From positions 1 through 42,670 of the forward strand of contig CANRHJ010000001.1 in the NCBI GenBank assembly GCA_947630355.1: a stretch of 42,670 nucleotides of DNA, read 5' to 3'. Both the position numbers and the translations under genes were made by a program. This stretch comes from Candidatus Gastranaerophilales bacterium (lineage in GTDB: Bacteria > Cyanobacteriota > Vampirovibrionia > Gastranaerophilales > Gastranaerophilaceae). The notes under the pieces are model-generated. The model made no database searches. It worked only from the letters and a program-made list of their open reading frames with translations, and had not been told where the DNA came from. Within the stretch, counting starts at the first letter, position 1. Every line of letters starts with the position of its first letter. Shown here piece after piece: positions 1 to 12,700 of this stretch.

Positions 1-677
1 ACAGCTGTCTTAATTACGGCCCAAATAAGTAAATCTACAATCTCACTGCTGCTTAACGGGTTGTCAATTGATGTAAAAACTTTTATAACAAAGAATTTAA
101 AGAACAAGAAAACAGCAATCCCCATAACAAAAATACAACAAGGATATGCCATTGAAGAAGCGGCATTATTTCTGAAATCCGTTTCACGTTCAATATTATT
201 GATAATTTCATCCAGAATACTTTCAAGTTTACCTGATTTTTCTCCCGTAATAATTAAATTTGTATATGCAATTCCCAGACAATGAGAATAATTACGGAAA
301 GAAACTTCCAAAGAATTACCTTTTTTAACCGAATTAACAATTTTATTACACAGACTTTTTATAAATTTATCGGAAGCTGATTTATACATTGACTGAAAGG
401 TTTCAAGAATTGACAACCCCGAAGAATATAAGGAATAAAAGGAATTAAAGAATTCTGATTTTTGTTTCAAAGAAAAAGGCGGGATTGTATTTATTTCATG
501 AGATGTATGAAATTCATAAGATTGGCGTGGTTCATCATCGTTACTAAAATTAATATTAAGTACGGTGAAGCCGGAATTTTCAAGTTTGGCAGCGGCTTCC
601 GCGACGGATTGTGCATCTATGAAGCCGTTTATTATTTTATTTTCAGGACTTTTAGCTGTATAATTAAATTTACTCAC
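1..677 (-). CDS. Type IV pilus / type II secretion inner-membrane platform protein (GspF/PilC family), N-terminal ~225 codons; the gene runs off the left edge
   Basis: Not in the supplied ORF track because it is truncated by the window edge. Hand translation of the minus strand from GTG at 677-675 stays open to base 3 (no TTA/CTA/TCA triplet in that frame). It reads VSKFNYTAKSPENKIINGFIDAQSVAEAAAKLENSGFTVLNI...SLKQKSEFFNSFYSLYSSGLSILETFQSM...ITGEKSGKLESILDEI...MAYPCCIFVMGIAVFLFF. This is the canonical GspF/PilC N-terminus plus the first T2SSF repeat and a TM helix. The + strand ORFs 61..285 and 462..746 are antisense shadows of it. Confidence 0.75.
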   Translation of the reverse strand, partial: MSKFNYTAKSPENKIINGFIDAQSVAEAAAKLENSGFTVLNINFSNDDEPRQSYEFHTSHEINTIPPFSLKQKSEFFNSFYSLYSSGLSILETFQSMYKSASDKFIKSLCNKIVNSVKKGNSLEVSFRNYSHCLGIAYTNLIITGEKSGKLESILDEIINNIERETDFRNNAASSMAYPCCIFVMGIAVFLFFKFFVIKVFTSIDNPLSSSEIVDLLIWAVIKTA

Positions 678-703
678 AAGGAATATTATAGCATTATTAA
701 AAT

Positions 704-722
704 AAAAATCGTAACGATATTT
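704..722. promoter_or_regulatory. Candidate Fur-family (Zur-like) operator in the divergent pilC/zupT promoter region
   Basis: 19-bp palindrome AAAAATCGT-A-ACGATATTT (8/9 arm positions complementary; the core ATCGT-A-ACGAT is perfect). It sits about 20 nt upstream of the zupT ATG. The TCGTAA...ACGA core resembles the Bacillus-type Zur box TCGTAAT-N-ATTACGA. AT-rich background makes a chance palindrome possible. Confidence 0.35.
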
Positions 723-742
723 TTTTATGCTAGTATATACAT

Positions 743-1528
743 ATGAATATATATATATTACCGTTAATATTAACATTATTTGCCGGGATGTCAACGCTGG
801 TAGGCGGATTTATTACCTTTTTTATAAAACGGGATAATTTAAAAGCACTGTCAATCGGATTGGGATTTTCAGCAGGAGTAATGGTTTATATAAGTTTAAG
901 CGAATTAATGCGTGAAGCTCCCATAATGTTAAGTGAATATTACGGTGAAGTAATGTCAAAAGCTCTGGCTTTTGGCGGTTTCTTTGCGGGAATAATAATA
1001 GCAATATTAATAGACTATTTTATACCCGATCACATTGAATCTGATTTTTTAAGTACATCACAAAAATGTAATCAAAGGCACAAAATAAGGCGGGCAGGGT
1101 TAATAACGGCAATAGCGGTAACATTACATAACTTTCCCGAAGGAATGGCAACGTTTTTGGTTTCCACACAGGATATAATGCTTGGTATACCCGTAGCAAT
1201 AGCAATAGCAATACATAATATACCCGAAGGAATAGCAATAGCTTTGCCGATATTCCATGCAACCGGTAAAAAGCGGCTTGCAATATTATATTCATTTGTA
1301 TCAGGGATATCTGAGCCTGTAGGCGGATTGATTGGCGTGGTGTTATTAAAAACAATAATGCCGGGACAAACAATAGGAATAATGACAGCGGCAGTAGCAG
1401 GAATTATGGTATACCTGTCATTTGATACTCTGCTCCCTTTATCGAGAGAATACGGAGAAAATCACCACGTTATAATCGGTATAATATCAGGTATGTTAAT
1501 AATGAGTCTGGGATTAATCTTTTTATAA
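743..1528 (+). CDS. zupT: Zinc transporter ZupT (ZIP family)
   Basis: 261-aa polytopic membrane protein, collinear with E. coli ZupT as I remember it. It has paired ZIP signatures HNFPEGMATF and HNIPEGIAIA, and the C-terminal AAVAGIMVYLSFDTLLP block. Confidence 0.9.
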   Translation: MNIYILPLILTLFAGMSTLVGGFITFFIKRDNLKALSIGLGFSAGVMVYISLSELMREAPIMLSEYYGEVMSKALAFGGFFAGIIIAILIDYFIPDHIESDFLSTSQKCNQRHKIRRAGLITAIAVTLHNFPEGMATFLVSTQDIMLGIPVAIAIAIHNIPEGIAIALPIFHATGKKRLAILYSFVSGISEPVGGLIGVVLLKTIMPGQTIGIMTAAVAGIMVYLSFDTLLPLSREYGENHHVIIGIISGMLIMSLGLIFL

Positions 1529-2017
1529 TTGATATTCCATAATATAATCATCCATAACAAATCCTTCTCCGATATCGGTAACAACCGCATCAATTTGTTT
1601 AAACCCCCATTTTTTGTACGCTTTGACGGAATTAATATTATATTTATTTACCGTCAAATAAACAGATTTTTTATTTAGCTTTTCTGCTGTTTTACAAATT
1701 TTGTCAAAAGCCTCAGCACCTATGCCTAAATGTCTGAATTCTTTTTTAATATATAGTTTTGATAAGAATAATTTATTTATCTCAGGATGAATAGCGAAAT
1801 ATCCTGCAGGAACTTTGTCATTATAAATCAAGTTATAAATATATCCTTCGTCACGGATTTGAGATTTTATAACATCAAAAGACTGAAATTTATTAAGCAT
1901 ATAATCAATTTGCCGAACGGAAAGGATAGCCGGCCAATATTCATGCCAAATAGAGAAAGACAGATTGACAAGAAGGAGAATATCTTTATCTTTTTTAACG
2001 TCGAAAAAGCTTATCAT
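1523..2017 (-). CDS. GNAT-family N-acetyltransferase
   Basis: 164 aa. Acetyl-CoA-binding motif-A-like stretch FRHLGIGAEAFDKICKTA followed by NINSVKAYKKWGF, typical of GNAT folds. Substrate unknown. Confidence 0.75.
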   Translation of the reverse strand: MISFFDVKKDKDILLLVNLSFSIWHEYWPAILSVRQIDYMLNKFQSFDVIKSQIRDEGYIYNLIYNDKVPAGYFAIHPEINKLFLSKLYIKKEFRHLGIGAEAFDKICKTAEKLNKKSVYLTVNKYNINSVKAYKKWGFKQIDAVVTDIGEGFVMDDYIMEYQL

Positions 2018-2026
2018 ATCTTCACC

Positions 2027-2650
2027 TTAAAGCGGAATATATGCCGAATAAACCAAGCTTGAAAAATCTTCAAAATAACTGATTTGAGTTGCACTACCTG
2101 TCGGGATATAAACCTTAAATTGAGATTTAATCGGAATAGAAAGAGCATTAGCAACTGCTGCTTGGATAACTTCTCTGTGAGTAACAATAATAAGTCTTTT
2201 ATGAAGATTATTTTTGATAATACCGCTTATCACCGAATTAACTTTATTGTTGAAATCAAATACGCTTTCACCGCCTTCAGGAGAGAAAACATCAGGATTA
2301 AGATGATAATCATCAAGCTGCTTGGGATATTTCTGTTCGATTTCCTCGTAAGATAATCCGCTCCATATACCGGATTTACGGCTTTTAAGTTCATCAATTA
2401 CTTCAAAATCGTGGTTAATTACGGAAGAAAGAATTCTTGCGCTCTGAATAGTTCTTAGAGCAGGACTTGTCAATATTTTATCAATTTTAAGTCCTTTATT
2501 TTTAATCCACATTGAAATTCTTTCAATTTCAAATTTACCGGCGGCGTTCAAAGAAGGATAAGACTCATCATCAAAGAGTCTGTTTTCTTCGGTATTTATA
2601 GTAGCACCATGACTGATAAAAGTAACTTTACATTTTCTTCTGAATAACAT
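2027..2650 (-). CDS. Histidine phosphatase (phosphoglycerate-mutase-like) family protein, with variant SHG in place of RHG
   Basis: 207 aa. N-terminal VTFISHGATINTE (family motif RHGxT) and distal IIVTHREVIQAA (second catalytic His region). Confidence 0.7.
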   Translation of the reverse strand: MLFRRKCKVTFISHGATINTEENRLFDDESYPSLNAAGKFEIERISMWIKNKGLKIDKILTSPALRTIQSARILSSVINHDFEVIDELKSRKSGIWSGLSYEEIEQKYPKQLDDYHLNPDVFSPEGGESVFDFNNKVNSVISGIIKNNLHKRLIIVTHREVIQAAVANALSIPIKSQFKVYIPTGSATQISYFEDFSSLVYSAYIPL

Positions 2651-2786
2651 AAAAACCTGCCAATAGTAGTATAATCTAAAATTTAAGATTTATCCAGAAT
2701 AAATTTCCGAAGGAAACAGAATGTAAAAAATTGGCAAATAATGAATGTTTGTAGTAGAATACTAATGTATAGCAGATTGGGGTTAG

Positions 2787-5234
<2,448 letters not shown>

Positions 5235-5253
5235 TCCCAGAGGTTAACCGCCA

Positions 5254-6312
5254 GTGAATTTTATAATAAAACTGCTAAAATTAAAAGTTACGAAGGTATT
5301 TATAAGTATACTAATGATTGCTTTTATAGTATCTTTGTACTTTTGGCGGGATTGGTACTTAAGGCAATATCACAAATGCATAGGATTTTATTACGTTAAC
5401 AAAGGCGATAAAGCATATAAGAATAAGAACTATCAAGCGGCAGTTGATTTATATAAAAAAGGATTAAGATATTATCCGGGCCATTCAAGAGCAAGCTGTA
5501 ATTTAGGGAATATATATGTCAGTTTTGAAAACTATTATGAAGCCGTAAATGCGTATGAGCAAGCACTGAAATATACTCCCAATTATATGGTATGCAGAAT
5601 GGATTTAGGGATAATATTATCCGAGAAAATGGCGAATTATGATAAAGCAATACAAGAATACGGCAGAGTTATAAACACAAATAACATTATAATAAACATA
5701 CCCTTTGTATATGATAATAAGAAATCAACAAAAGCAAATAAAGGTATAGCATATTATAACATGGGGCTTGCTTATCGCGGGAAAGCAGTATATATGGGGG
5801 ACAAAACAACCGCAGCAGTAAAATATTTAAAAAAAGCAAAAGACTCCTATTTGAACGCTAAAGAATATTTAAAGGATGATTATGATAATACCTATAATTT
5901 AGCACTGACGGAACATTTATTAGGTGATTATAATGAAGCGGCAAGAGAATATTGTAAAGCAATTAATATTGCACCTTTAAAATATGAAGCTCATTACAAT
6001 TTTGCACTTCTGCTAAGAACCATGAATTTGAATAAAGAGGCTTTGGATGAATTTGAAAAAACAACAATGTTATTGGATTATAATAACAACTATGAAAAAA
6101 ACAAATATATATACGGAATAATAACCGAAATAAAGCGCAGAATAATAAATGAAGGGGGTTATGATTTTTTAAAAGACAGGGTGGATGTAACCTCAATTTC
6201 TCAGGATGATATAGTTTATTCACATGGTAAAATTATTTCATCAAATCAAAAAAATCTTAATATGGAAAAGTTAATGAAATGCAGCTACGAAAAACAATTT
6301 GAAGAAATATAA
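5254..6312 (+). CDS. TPR-repeat protein with N-terminal membrane anchor
   Basis: 352 aa, GTG start preceded by AGAGG. N-terminal hydrophobic helix (VFISILMIAFIVSLYFW), then repeated TPR-like A..Y/..AL..P patterns (AAVDLYKKGLRYYPGH, EAVNAYEQALKYTPNY, AAREYCKAINIAPLKYEA). Confidence 0.7.
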   Translation: MNFIIKLLKLKVTKVFISILMIAFIVSLYFWRDWYLRQYHKCIGFYYVNKGDKAYKNKNYQAAVDLYKKGLRYYPGHSRASCNLGNIYVSFENYYEAVNAYEQALKYTPNYMVCRMDLGIILSEKMANYDKAIQEYGRVINTNNIIINIPFVYDNKKSTKANKGIAYYNMGLAYRGKAVYMGDKTTAAVKYLKKAKDSYLNAKEYLKDDYDNTYNLALTEHLLGDYNEAAREYCKAINIAPLKYEAHYNFALLLRTMNLNKEALDEFEKTTMLLDYNNNYEKNKYIYGIITEIKRRIINEGGYDFLKDRVDVTSISQDDIVYSHGKIISSNQKNLNMEKLMKCSYEKQFEEI

Positions 6313-6314
6313 GT

Positions 6315-7754
6315 ATGACAAAAACAGAAAAGTATATTGAATTATTAAACAATATTTCGGTAATATTATCAAAAAAGATATCACCGTTAAACACAATACA
6401 AAGTATCAATAAACTGCTTAATACATATTTGGGAATAACAAAGAGTCAATATATAATTTGGGATAACAATAATATGTTATTAAAAGATTATATGTGCGAC
6501 ATTAAAATAAATGATAAAGACATCCAATCAAAGCGGATAAATTTTGCATACACGAATTTTGGTTTGAACGGGGGAAATAAGTTTTATTTTAATGAAAGAG
6601 AATACAATATAGAACCTGAAGAGAAAGAGCTAAAGCAAATAGAAGAGGAAAGTGAATTATCAGACAGTCTCATATATCCTCTGAGCGCAAACGGTGATGT
6701 TTTCGGACTATTAATAGCTGAAATAGCGAAGAGAAAGTATACTAAAGAATTTTTTTCAATAATAAACATAATATCAAGATTAATATCAGGTTCAATAATA
6801 AACAACACTTTAAATGAGCAAATGGAAATCAGTCTGAATTTTTATAAAGCGATGAAGGATATAGCGAAAATAATAGAAAGCCAATATGAGTTATCATATA
6901 TAATTCCGCTTATAGGAGAAATGATAGACAGATTTATGACCTCACACTTGATATATATATTTATATACAAAGAAGGAGAGTATAAACTTGTATGGCCCAA
7001 CGCCTGCAAAGATGAAAACATATATAAATTGGTAAAGAAAATAACACCGGAGTCGGAATACATAATATCAAAAGATGAGAGAATAGGCGTATTTCCTATA
7101 CAAAACGAAGATAAAATACTTGGTGCAATAGCTGCTTACAGTAACATAGAGAAGTTATTACAAAAAGATATAGATTATCTTTTGCAGTTAACGAGACAAT
7201 CAGGATTAACAATACACAGAGCCAACGTGTATGCTGAGGTATTAAAATATGCGACAATGGATGCTTTAACCGGATTGAATAACAGAAGGCAAATGGAAAT
7301 CAGGCTAAATCAGGAAACATCGAACAGCAAGCGTAATAATACACCTATATGCTGTATGATGCTTGATGTTGATTATTTTAAGAAAGTCAATGATACATAC
7401 GGACACGCGGCAGGTGATATCGTATTAAAAAAGGTATCCGAAATAATAAAAACAGAAATAAGGGATTACGATATAGCTTGCAGGTACGGAGGAGAAGAAT
7501 TTTTTATAATTCTGCCGCATACTGCTATTAATGAAGCGAGCTTAGTGGCTCAAAGATTAAGAAAGGTCATTGAAGATAATAAAATCAATATACAAGCGAG
7601 CAGTGCAGCCAATATTTCACACATAAAAGTAACGGTTAGTATTGGAGTCTGCGCTTTTAACAATAAAATGGATGCCAATGAATTTGTTCAGAAAGCCGAT
7701 AAAGCACTTTATGAAGCAAAAACCACTGGCAGAAACAGAGTAATAATATATTAA
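6315..7754 (+). CDS. Diguanylate cyclase (GAF-like N-terminal region + GGDEF domain with intact I-site)
   Basis: 479 aa. Motifs: DALTGLNNRR, MLDVDYFKKVNDTYGHAAGD, active-site GGEEF preceded by RDYD exactly 5 residues upstream (RxxD I-site), ADKALYEAKTTGRNR. Start lies 3 nt after the TPR gene stop. Confidence 0.9.
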   Translation: MTKTEKYIELLNNISVILSKKISPLNTIQSINKLLNTYLGITKSQYIIWDNNNMLLKDYMCDIKINDKDIQSKRINFAYTNFGLNGGNKFYFNEREYNIEPEEKELKQIEEESELSDSLIYPLSANGDVFGLLIAEIAKRKYTKEFFSIINIISRLISGSIINNTLNEQMEISLNFYKAMKDIAKIIESQYELSYIIPLIGEMIDRFMTSHLIYIFIYKEGEYKLVWPNACKDENIYKLVKKITPESEYIISKDERIGVFPIQNEDKILGAIAAYSNIEKLLQKDIDYLLQLTRQSGLTIHRANVYAEVLKYATMDALTGLNNRRQMEIRLNQETSNSKRNNTPICCMMLDVDYFKKVNDTYGHAAGDIVLKKVSEIIKTEIRDYDIACRYGGEEFFIILPHTAINEASLVAQRLRKVIEDNKINIQASSAANISHIKVTVSIGVCAFNNKMDANEFVQKADKALYEAKTTGRNRVIIY

Positions 7755-7772
7755 GTACGGAAAAGAACAGTA

Positions 7773-9749
7773 ATGAAGTATATAAAATACATAGGAATAT
7801 TTTTAATTGTAATAATACCGAGCATAATAACAATATTAATATATAATGATAAAATAGCTCAAGATTCACCAAAATATTACAGACAAGGTGTAGAATTTTA
7901 TAATAACGGAGATTATTCAAACGCATACTATAATTTCGGTAAAATAAAATGGATAAGTCCTTTGTATACAACTGCAATATACAAGCAGGGCAAGGCTGCC
8001 GAAAAAGCGGGAGATTACGGCACTGCCGTTTTAAAATATAAATTATTTTTGGAGAAAAATCCCAATTCCATATTCTCCGGAACGGCAAGATACAATTTAG
8101 CAAAATGCTATTATTATCTGAAAGATTATGAAACAGCAAAAGCTCTGTTTACCGAAACTCAGACAAAAGATAAGAATAAATCAATTACGGTCAATTACTA
8201 TTTAGGTTTAACCGAGAAAAATATAAATAAAGAGCAGGCTGCCGATTATTTTATAAAATACTTGCAAGAAAACGGCGGGAACAGGAACTATGAGGTATCC
8301 GCAGCGGAAGAACTTGCATCTTTAGGCACAAATCTCACCGATGATGAAAAATTATTATTGGGAAAAACTTTTTACAATAATAAAAAGTATTTAAAATCAT
8401 TAGAATATTTATCCGTAATCCCTATGGATAAGTGCTGGGATTATTTAATACTTGCAAATCACAAGGCAGGGAACAAAGTTATAGCTAAAAAGCTCATAGA
8501 AAACGGCATTAGCACATTTTCCGACAAAATAAATAAGGAGAATTTGAATAAAATATATGATATATATACATCATACATGACCGGTACAAAATCGCGTAAT
8601 TGGACACAAATGCTGAAATTGATATCCAAACATTCATTAAGCGGGGAAGATTACGTTTTGTATAAGTTAGCACAAATGCAGCCCAAAGAAAAAGCAATAA
8701 CTTTATATACAAAAATAGCGGAGAAGTATCCCGAATCTGATTACGCTCCCGATGCCATACGCAATATATTTTGGCTTAAATATATGCAAAAAGACTATCA
8801 AGCTGCGGAAAATTTGGCATTAAACCATCTAAAAAAGTATAAGAACGTAAAATCAACCCCTCAAATTATGTTCTGGCTTGCAAAAATTTATCAAAAACAA
8901 AACAAAACAGGAGAAGCAAACAATGTATTAGCCAGATTAATTTCCAAATATCCCGATGATTATTACGGTTTGCGTGCAGAAGACATATTAAATAAAAAGA
9001 ATAATTTTTTTGAAACAAAATCAGGTAATAAATTACTTAAAAAGGATGAAGAACTTGCATTTCCGATATCATTATCAAATTTAGAGATAAAAGACTTTAA
9101 ATTAATAAATACTCTGTTTGCAATAGGTGATTATGAGATATGGCAAGATGCGGACTTTGAAAATCCCATAGCAGACAGCTGGTTTGAGGCAAGAAAGAAC
9201 AAGAAATCACGTTCAATTGTATTGGCAAGAGATGCTATAGGTAAGATGGAAATAAAACCATCAATATTAAGTGCGGCATATAAACTGGCATATCCGGCTT
9301 ATTGGACTGAAGAAATAAATATAGCTGCCAATAAATTACAATTGGATTCATATCTTATAACGGCATTAATACGGGAAGAAAGTTACTTCAATGAGCATGC
9401 CAGAAGTAATACAAATGCAATAGGATTAATGCAGTTAATGCCTTCTACCGCGAATTTTATGATATCTAAATTATCATTAGATATTCCTTTGCTCGCTGAT
9501 TTAGAAAATCCTAAAATCAATTTGTATATCGGATGTAATTATCTAAAATATTTGAAAGAAAAATTTAATAACGATTTATATACCGTCGCGGCATATAACG
9601 GAGGAGAAGGCTCCGTTCAAAAATGGATTAATACATACAATTCTGATGATTACGATGAATTCATTGAAAATATCCCGTTTTATGAAACTCAGAATTACGT
9701 AAAAAAAGTATTCCGTAGCTATCATATGTATAAAAAAATATATAATTAA
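7773..9749 (+). CDS. Soluble lytic murein transglycosylase (Slt70-like: superhelical TPR-like region + C-terminal SLT domain)
   Basis: 658 aa. N-terminal signal/anchor, long helical-repeat region, then SLT catalytic motifs LIREESYFNEHARSNTNAIGLMQLMPSTA and AAYNGGEGSVQKW. Confidence 0.88.
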   Translation: MKYIKYIGIFLIVIIPSIITILIYNDKIAQDSPKYYRQGVEFYNNGDYSNAYYNFGKIKWISPLYTTAIYKQGKAAEKAGDYGTAVLKYKLFLEKNPNSIFSGTARYNLAKCYYYLKDYETAKALFTETQTKDKNKSITVNYYLGLTEKNINKEQAADYFIKYLQENGGNRNYEVSAAEELASLGTNLTDDEKLLLGKTFYNNKKYLKSLEYLSVIPMDKCWDYLILANHKAGNKVIAKKLIENGISTFSDKINKENLNKIYDIYTSYMTGTKSRNWTQMLKLISKHSLSGEDYVLYKLAQMQPKEKAITLYTKIAEKYPESDYAPDAIRNIFWLKYMQKDYQAAENLALNHLKKYKNVKSTPQIMFWLAKIYQKQNKTGEANNVLARLISKYPDDYYGLRAEDILNKKNNFFETKSGNKLLKKDEELAFPISLSNLEIKDFKLINTLFAIGDYEIWQDADFENPIADSWFEARKNKKSRSIVLARDAIGKMEIKPSILSAAYKLAYPAYWTEEINIAANKLQLDSYLITALIREESYFNEHARSNTNAIGLMQLMPSTANFMISKLSLDIPLLADLENPKINLYIGCNYLKYLKEKFNNDLYTVAAYNGGEGSVQKWINTYNSDDYDEFIENIPFYETQNYVKKVFRSYHMYKKIYN

Positions 9750-12700
9750 TGCTGAGAAGAACTTAATTGACAAATCATTTTAAAATCTGTTTTTGCGCGC
9801 AAAATTTGTTCGGTAAGATTAGACAAATTTAATTCTTTTGAAGCGATTAACGCTCTGTTATATATCTCATTAACATTATTAACATTTATTTCATTATAAT
9901 TATTGCCGGATTTTATAACATCTTCCAAATACTGAGCAAATGCAATATAAAGCTGTATGGTTTGATATCTTAAATCATATTTTTTGGCAATAACAACAGC
10001 TTTTTCAAAATACATCTTTGCAGCATTATAATCAGCCTTTTTCTGATAGATTTTTGCAATATACATTCTGAAATAAATAATAAAGAAATTGTTATTAATT
10101 TTAGCACTTTGAGCAATTTCCAAAGATTTCAATGCGGTATTCAAAGCTTTATCATAATCGCCGTCATCAAAAGCATTTTGAACAATTAAAAGCCAAGACA
10201 ATAGCGCACCTATTGCAACTTTTTCCTTTGCAAAATAAGTTACTTCTTCATTATATATTTCTATTGCTTTTTTAATATTTCCCTCTTCTTTTAATACATA
10301 CCCGAGTATTAATTTAATTATATTTTTTATAAAGTTTTCATTAATATTATTAGCAAATGCAGCTAATTCAAACAAATCGGATTTTAATTCATTTTTATCA
10401 TCTAATAAAATTCTGTTGAAAATATTAATTAAGTTCCATTCAGCCAATAATTCGGGATCCAACTTTTTATTCTCGGACTTGTGTAAAATATTATTCAATA
10501 ATTCATTGGATTTATGTATATCTCCTTTTGCTGTATTGGCAAAAGCTTCAATTATATCAATCTGGAAACTGTAATATTCTTTGTTATATGAATAAATTTC
10601 AAGGAATTTTTTAATATCGGCAACTACATCAAAAACAACGGAATTACCTTGAATAGCGTAAGATTTGGCAAGAATAACTTTAGAATTCAGCCAAGCATCA
10701 ACAAGCAGAGAATTATATGATAAGTCGTTTTGCGCAACGTTCAAACATGTTTCTATATCGTTAATTATCTCCTCATTAACAAGATTAATTATTTGTTCGC
10801 TGTTTCCTATATTAAACAAAGCCTTTAATTTTCTTGATTTAATAAGAGCAATATCAACATCCGAGACGGTTTCATCAGAACCCGTAATAGCATTTATAAC
10901 AGAGTCAACAGCTTCGGCTGCGCCAAAATAATTTCCAGTTAAATAACAACTTTTTATAAAATAACTTGCATTATCAATAATTTTATTAATTCCTTCGGAT
11001 TTAATATCATAATCCAAAACATTGGAAAGATAACCCAATGCCTCCTGCGGGGATTTAATATAGAGCAATTTACCCAATTTTTCATAAATATCCAATTTTA
11101 AAGACTCAGAATCATCAAAGTTTTGCTCTTCAATAAGTTTTAAACACTGTTTTTGAGAAATAATATATAAATTAGTATCACCGAGCTTTGCACAAAGATT
11201 TGCGGTATCCTGCCATATTAAATATTCTTCTTCTTTTGTAAGCGCTTCCGTACACGATATTAATTTCTGCAAATTGCTTGATAATATTAAATCTTTTAAA
11301 ATCGTACAAATTTTTTCGGAGTTTTCTTTATATAATAAATCAGACTTAGCTTCTTGGTAAATCAATTTCCATAATTCCAGACTTTTAAATTCATAAGTAA
11401 AATTATCAACGGAATTTATAAAAAGTTCTTGTTTTAAGAAGTCTATAACCGAAGTAAAATTATCGCTGCTCATACCTGAGACATTTTCCAAAATTCCCGG
11501 AGAAAATCTGTATCCCAAAATAGCAGACATAAACAATACATTTTTTACAACAGGAACAAGTGTATTTAATCTGTGTTTAATAAGTTCTTCAAAAGAAGCA
11601 AAAATTTGAGGTTTATTTTCTTCATTTATTATGATTTCGCTTTCATTTACGGTAATATAGCCGCTGCTGAACAATAAAGCGGCTTCCTGTTCAAGTCTTA
11701 AAGCATTTCCGTTTGAGTTATTAATTATTTTATCCAGGTATTCTTTATCTATTATATTTCTCAAGTCAATATTTAATGATTTTTTGACAGTATCATTCAT
11801 TTCTTCATTTGTTAATTTCTCCAAAGTTAATACTTCAAAAATACCCTCATTTGATTTAGATAAGTCAAAATAGCTTTGAATAGGTTTGTCTTCTCTGTAA
11901 GCAATTAATAATTTCAACCTGTTGTTAAAATAACCGCGACGGAGCAAATACATTATAAAATCATAAGAAGCACCGTCCAATAATTCAAAATTATCTATAC
12001 AAATGACCAAGTTACTGTTCAAAGAAAAAGACTTAATAACTTTCTCTAATATTTCAAACGTATACTGCTTATTAGATAAGATATTTTCAAAATTATCCGT
12101 TTCTGAGGGATAAAAAATATTTAAGAAATCTTCCAGTTCTTCGTTATTAAGGAAATTAAACATTTTAAGAAAATTGCTTTTTTTGAAATCCTTAATAAAG
12201 GAATCATAATTAACGGTATATGTCGGAAATCCCATTATTCTTAAAAAAGCATCCTGAATAAAACCAAAACTGGTGATTTGAATTAAAGGAGTACAATTTC
12301 CGTAAAGGAATATATAGCCGTTTTGTGAAAGTTTTGCTCTGCATTGATTGAGAACAGCGGTTTTTCCGCATCCTTCAGGGCCGTTTATAGCTATAATATG
12401 CTTGTTTATTGATGTTTTTATCAGGTTTAATATATTTTTTACGGCTTGAGGTTTTATTTCAATTTTATTGTATTCTTCATTTACGCCTGTATTAACGGTA
12501 TTTTCATTATTTTGAGCTTCGTCAATACTTTTTTGTACATCTTCGTCAATAAATTCTTCCAAATTTTCAACAGTAAGCTCATCAATAAGTTCATCTTGCG
12601 TATCAGGAGATTGAGTTTCATTTTGTTCTTCAGATGTTTGTTCATCTGCCATAAATATTTTTTCCGGGTGTTCATCGGAATTTAATTCAGTATCATCACT

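Noticed and set aside
61-746. Plus-strand ORFs 61..285 and 462..746 from the track
   Set aside because: They lie antisense to a continuous minus-strand reading frame that translates into an unmistakable GspF/PilC N-terminus. Their own translations are low-complexity with no motifs.
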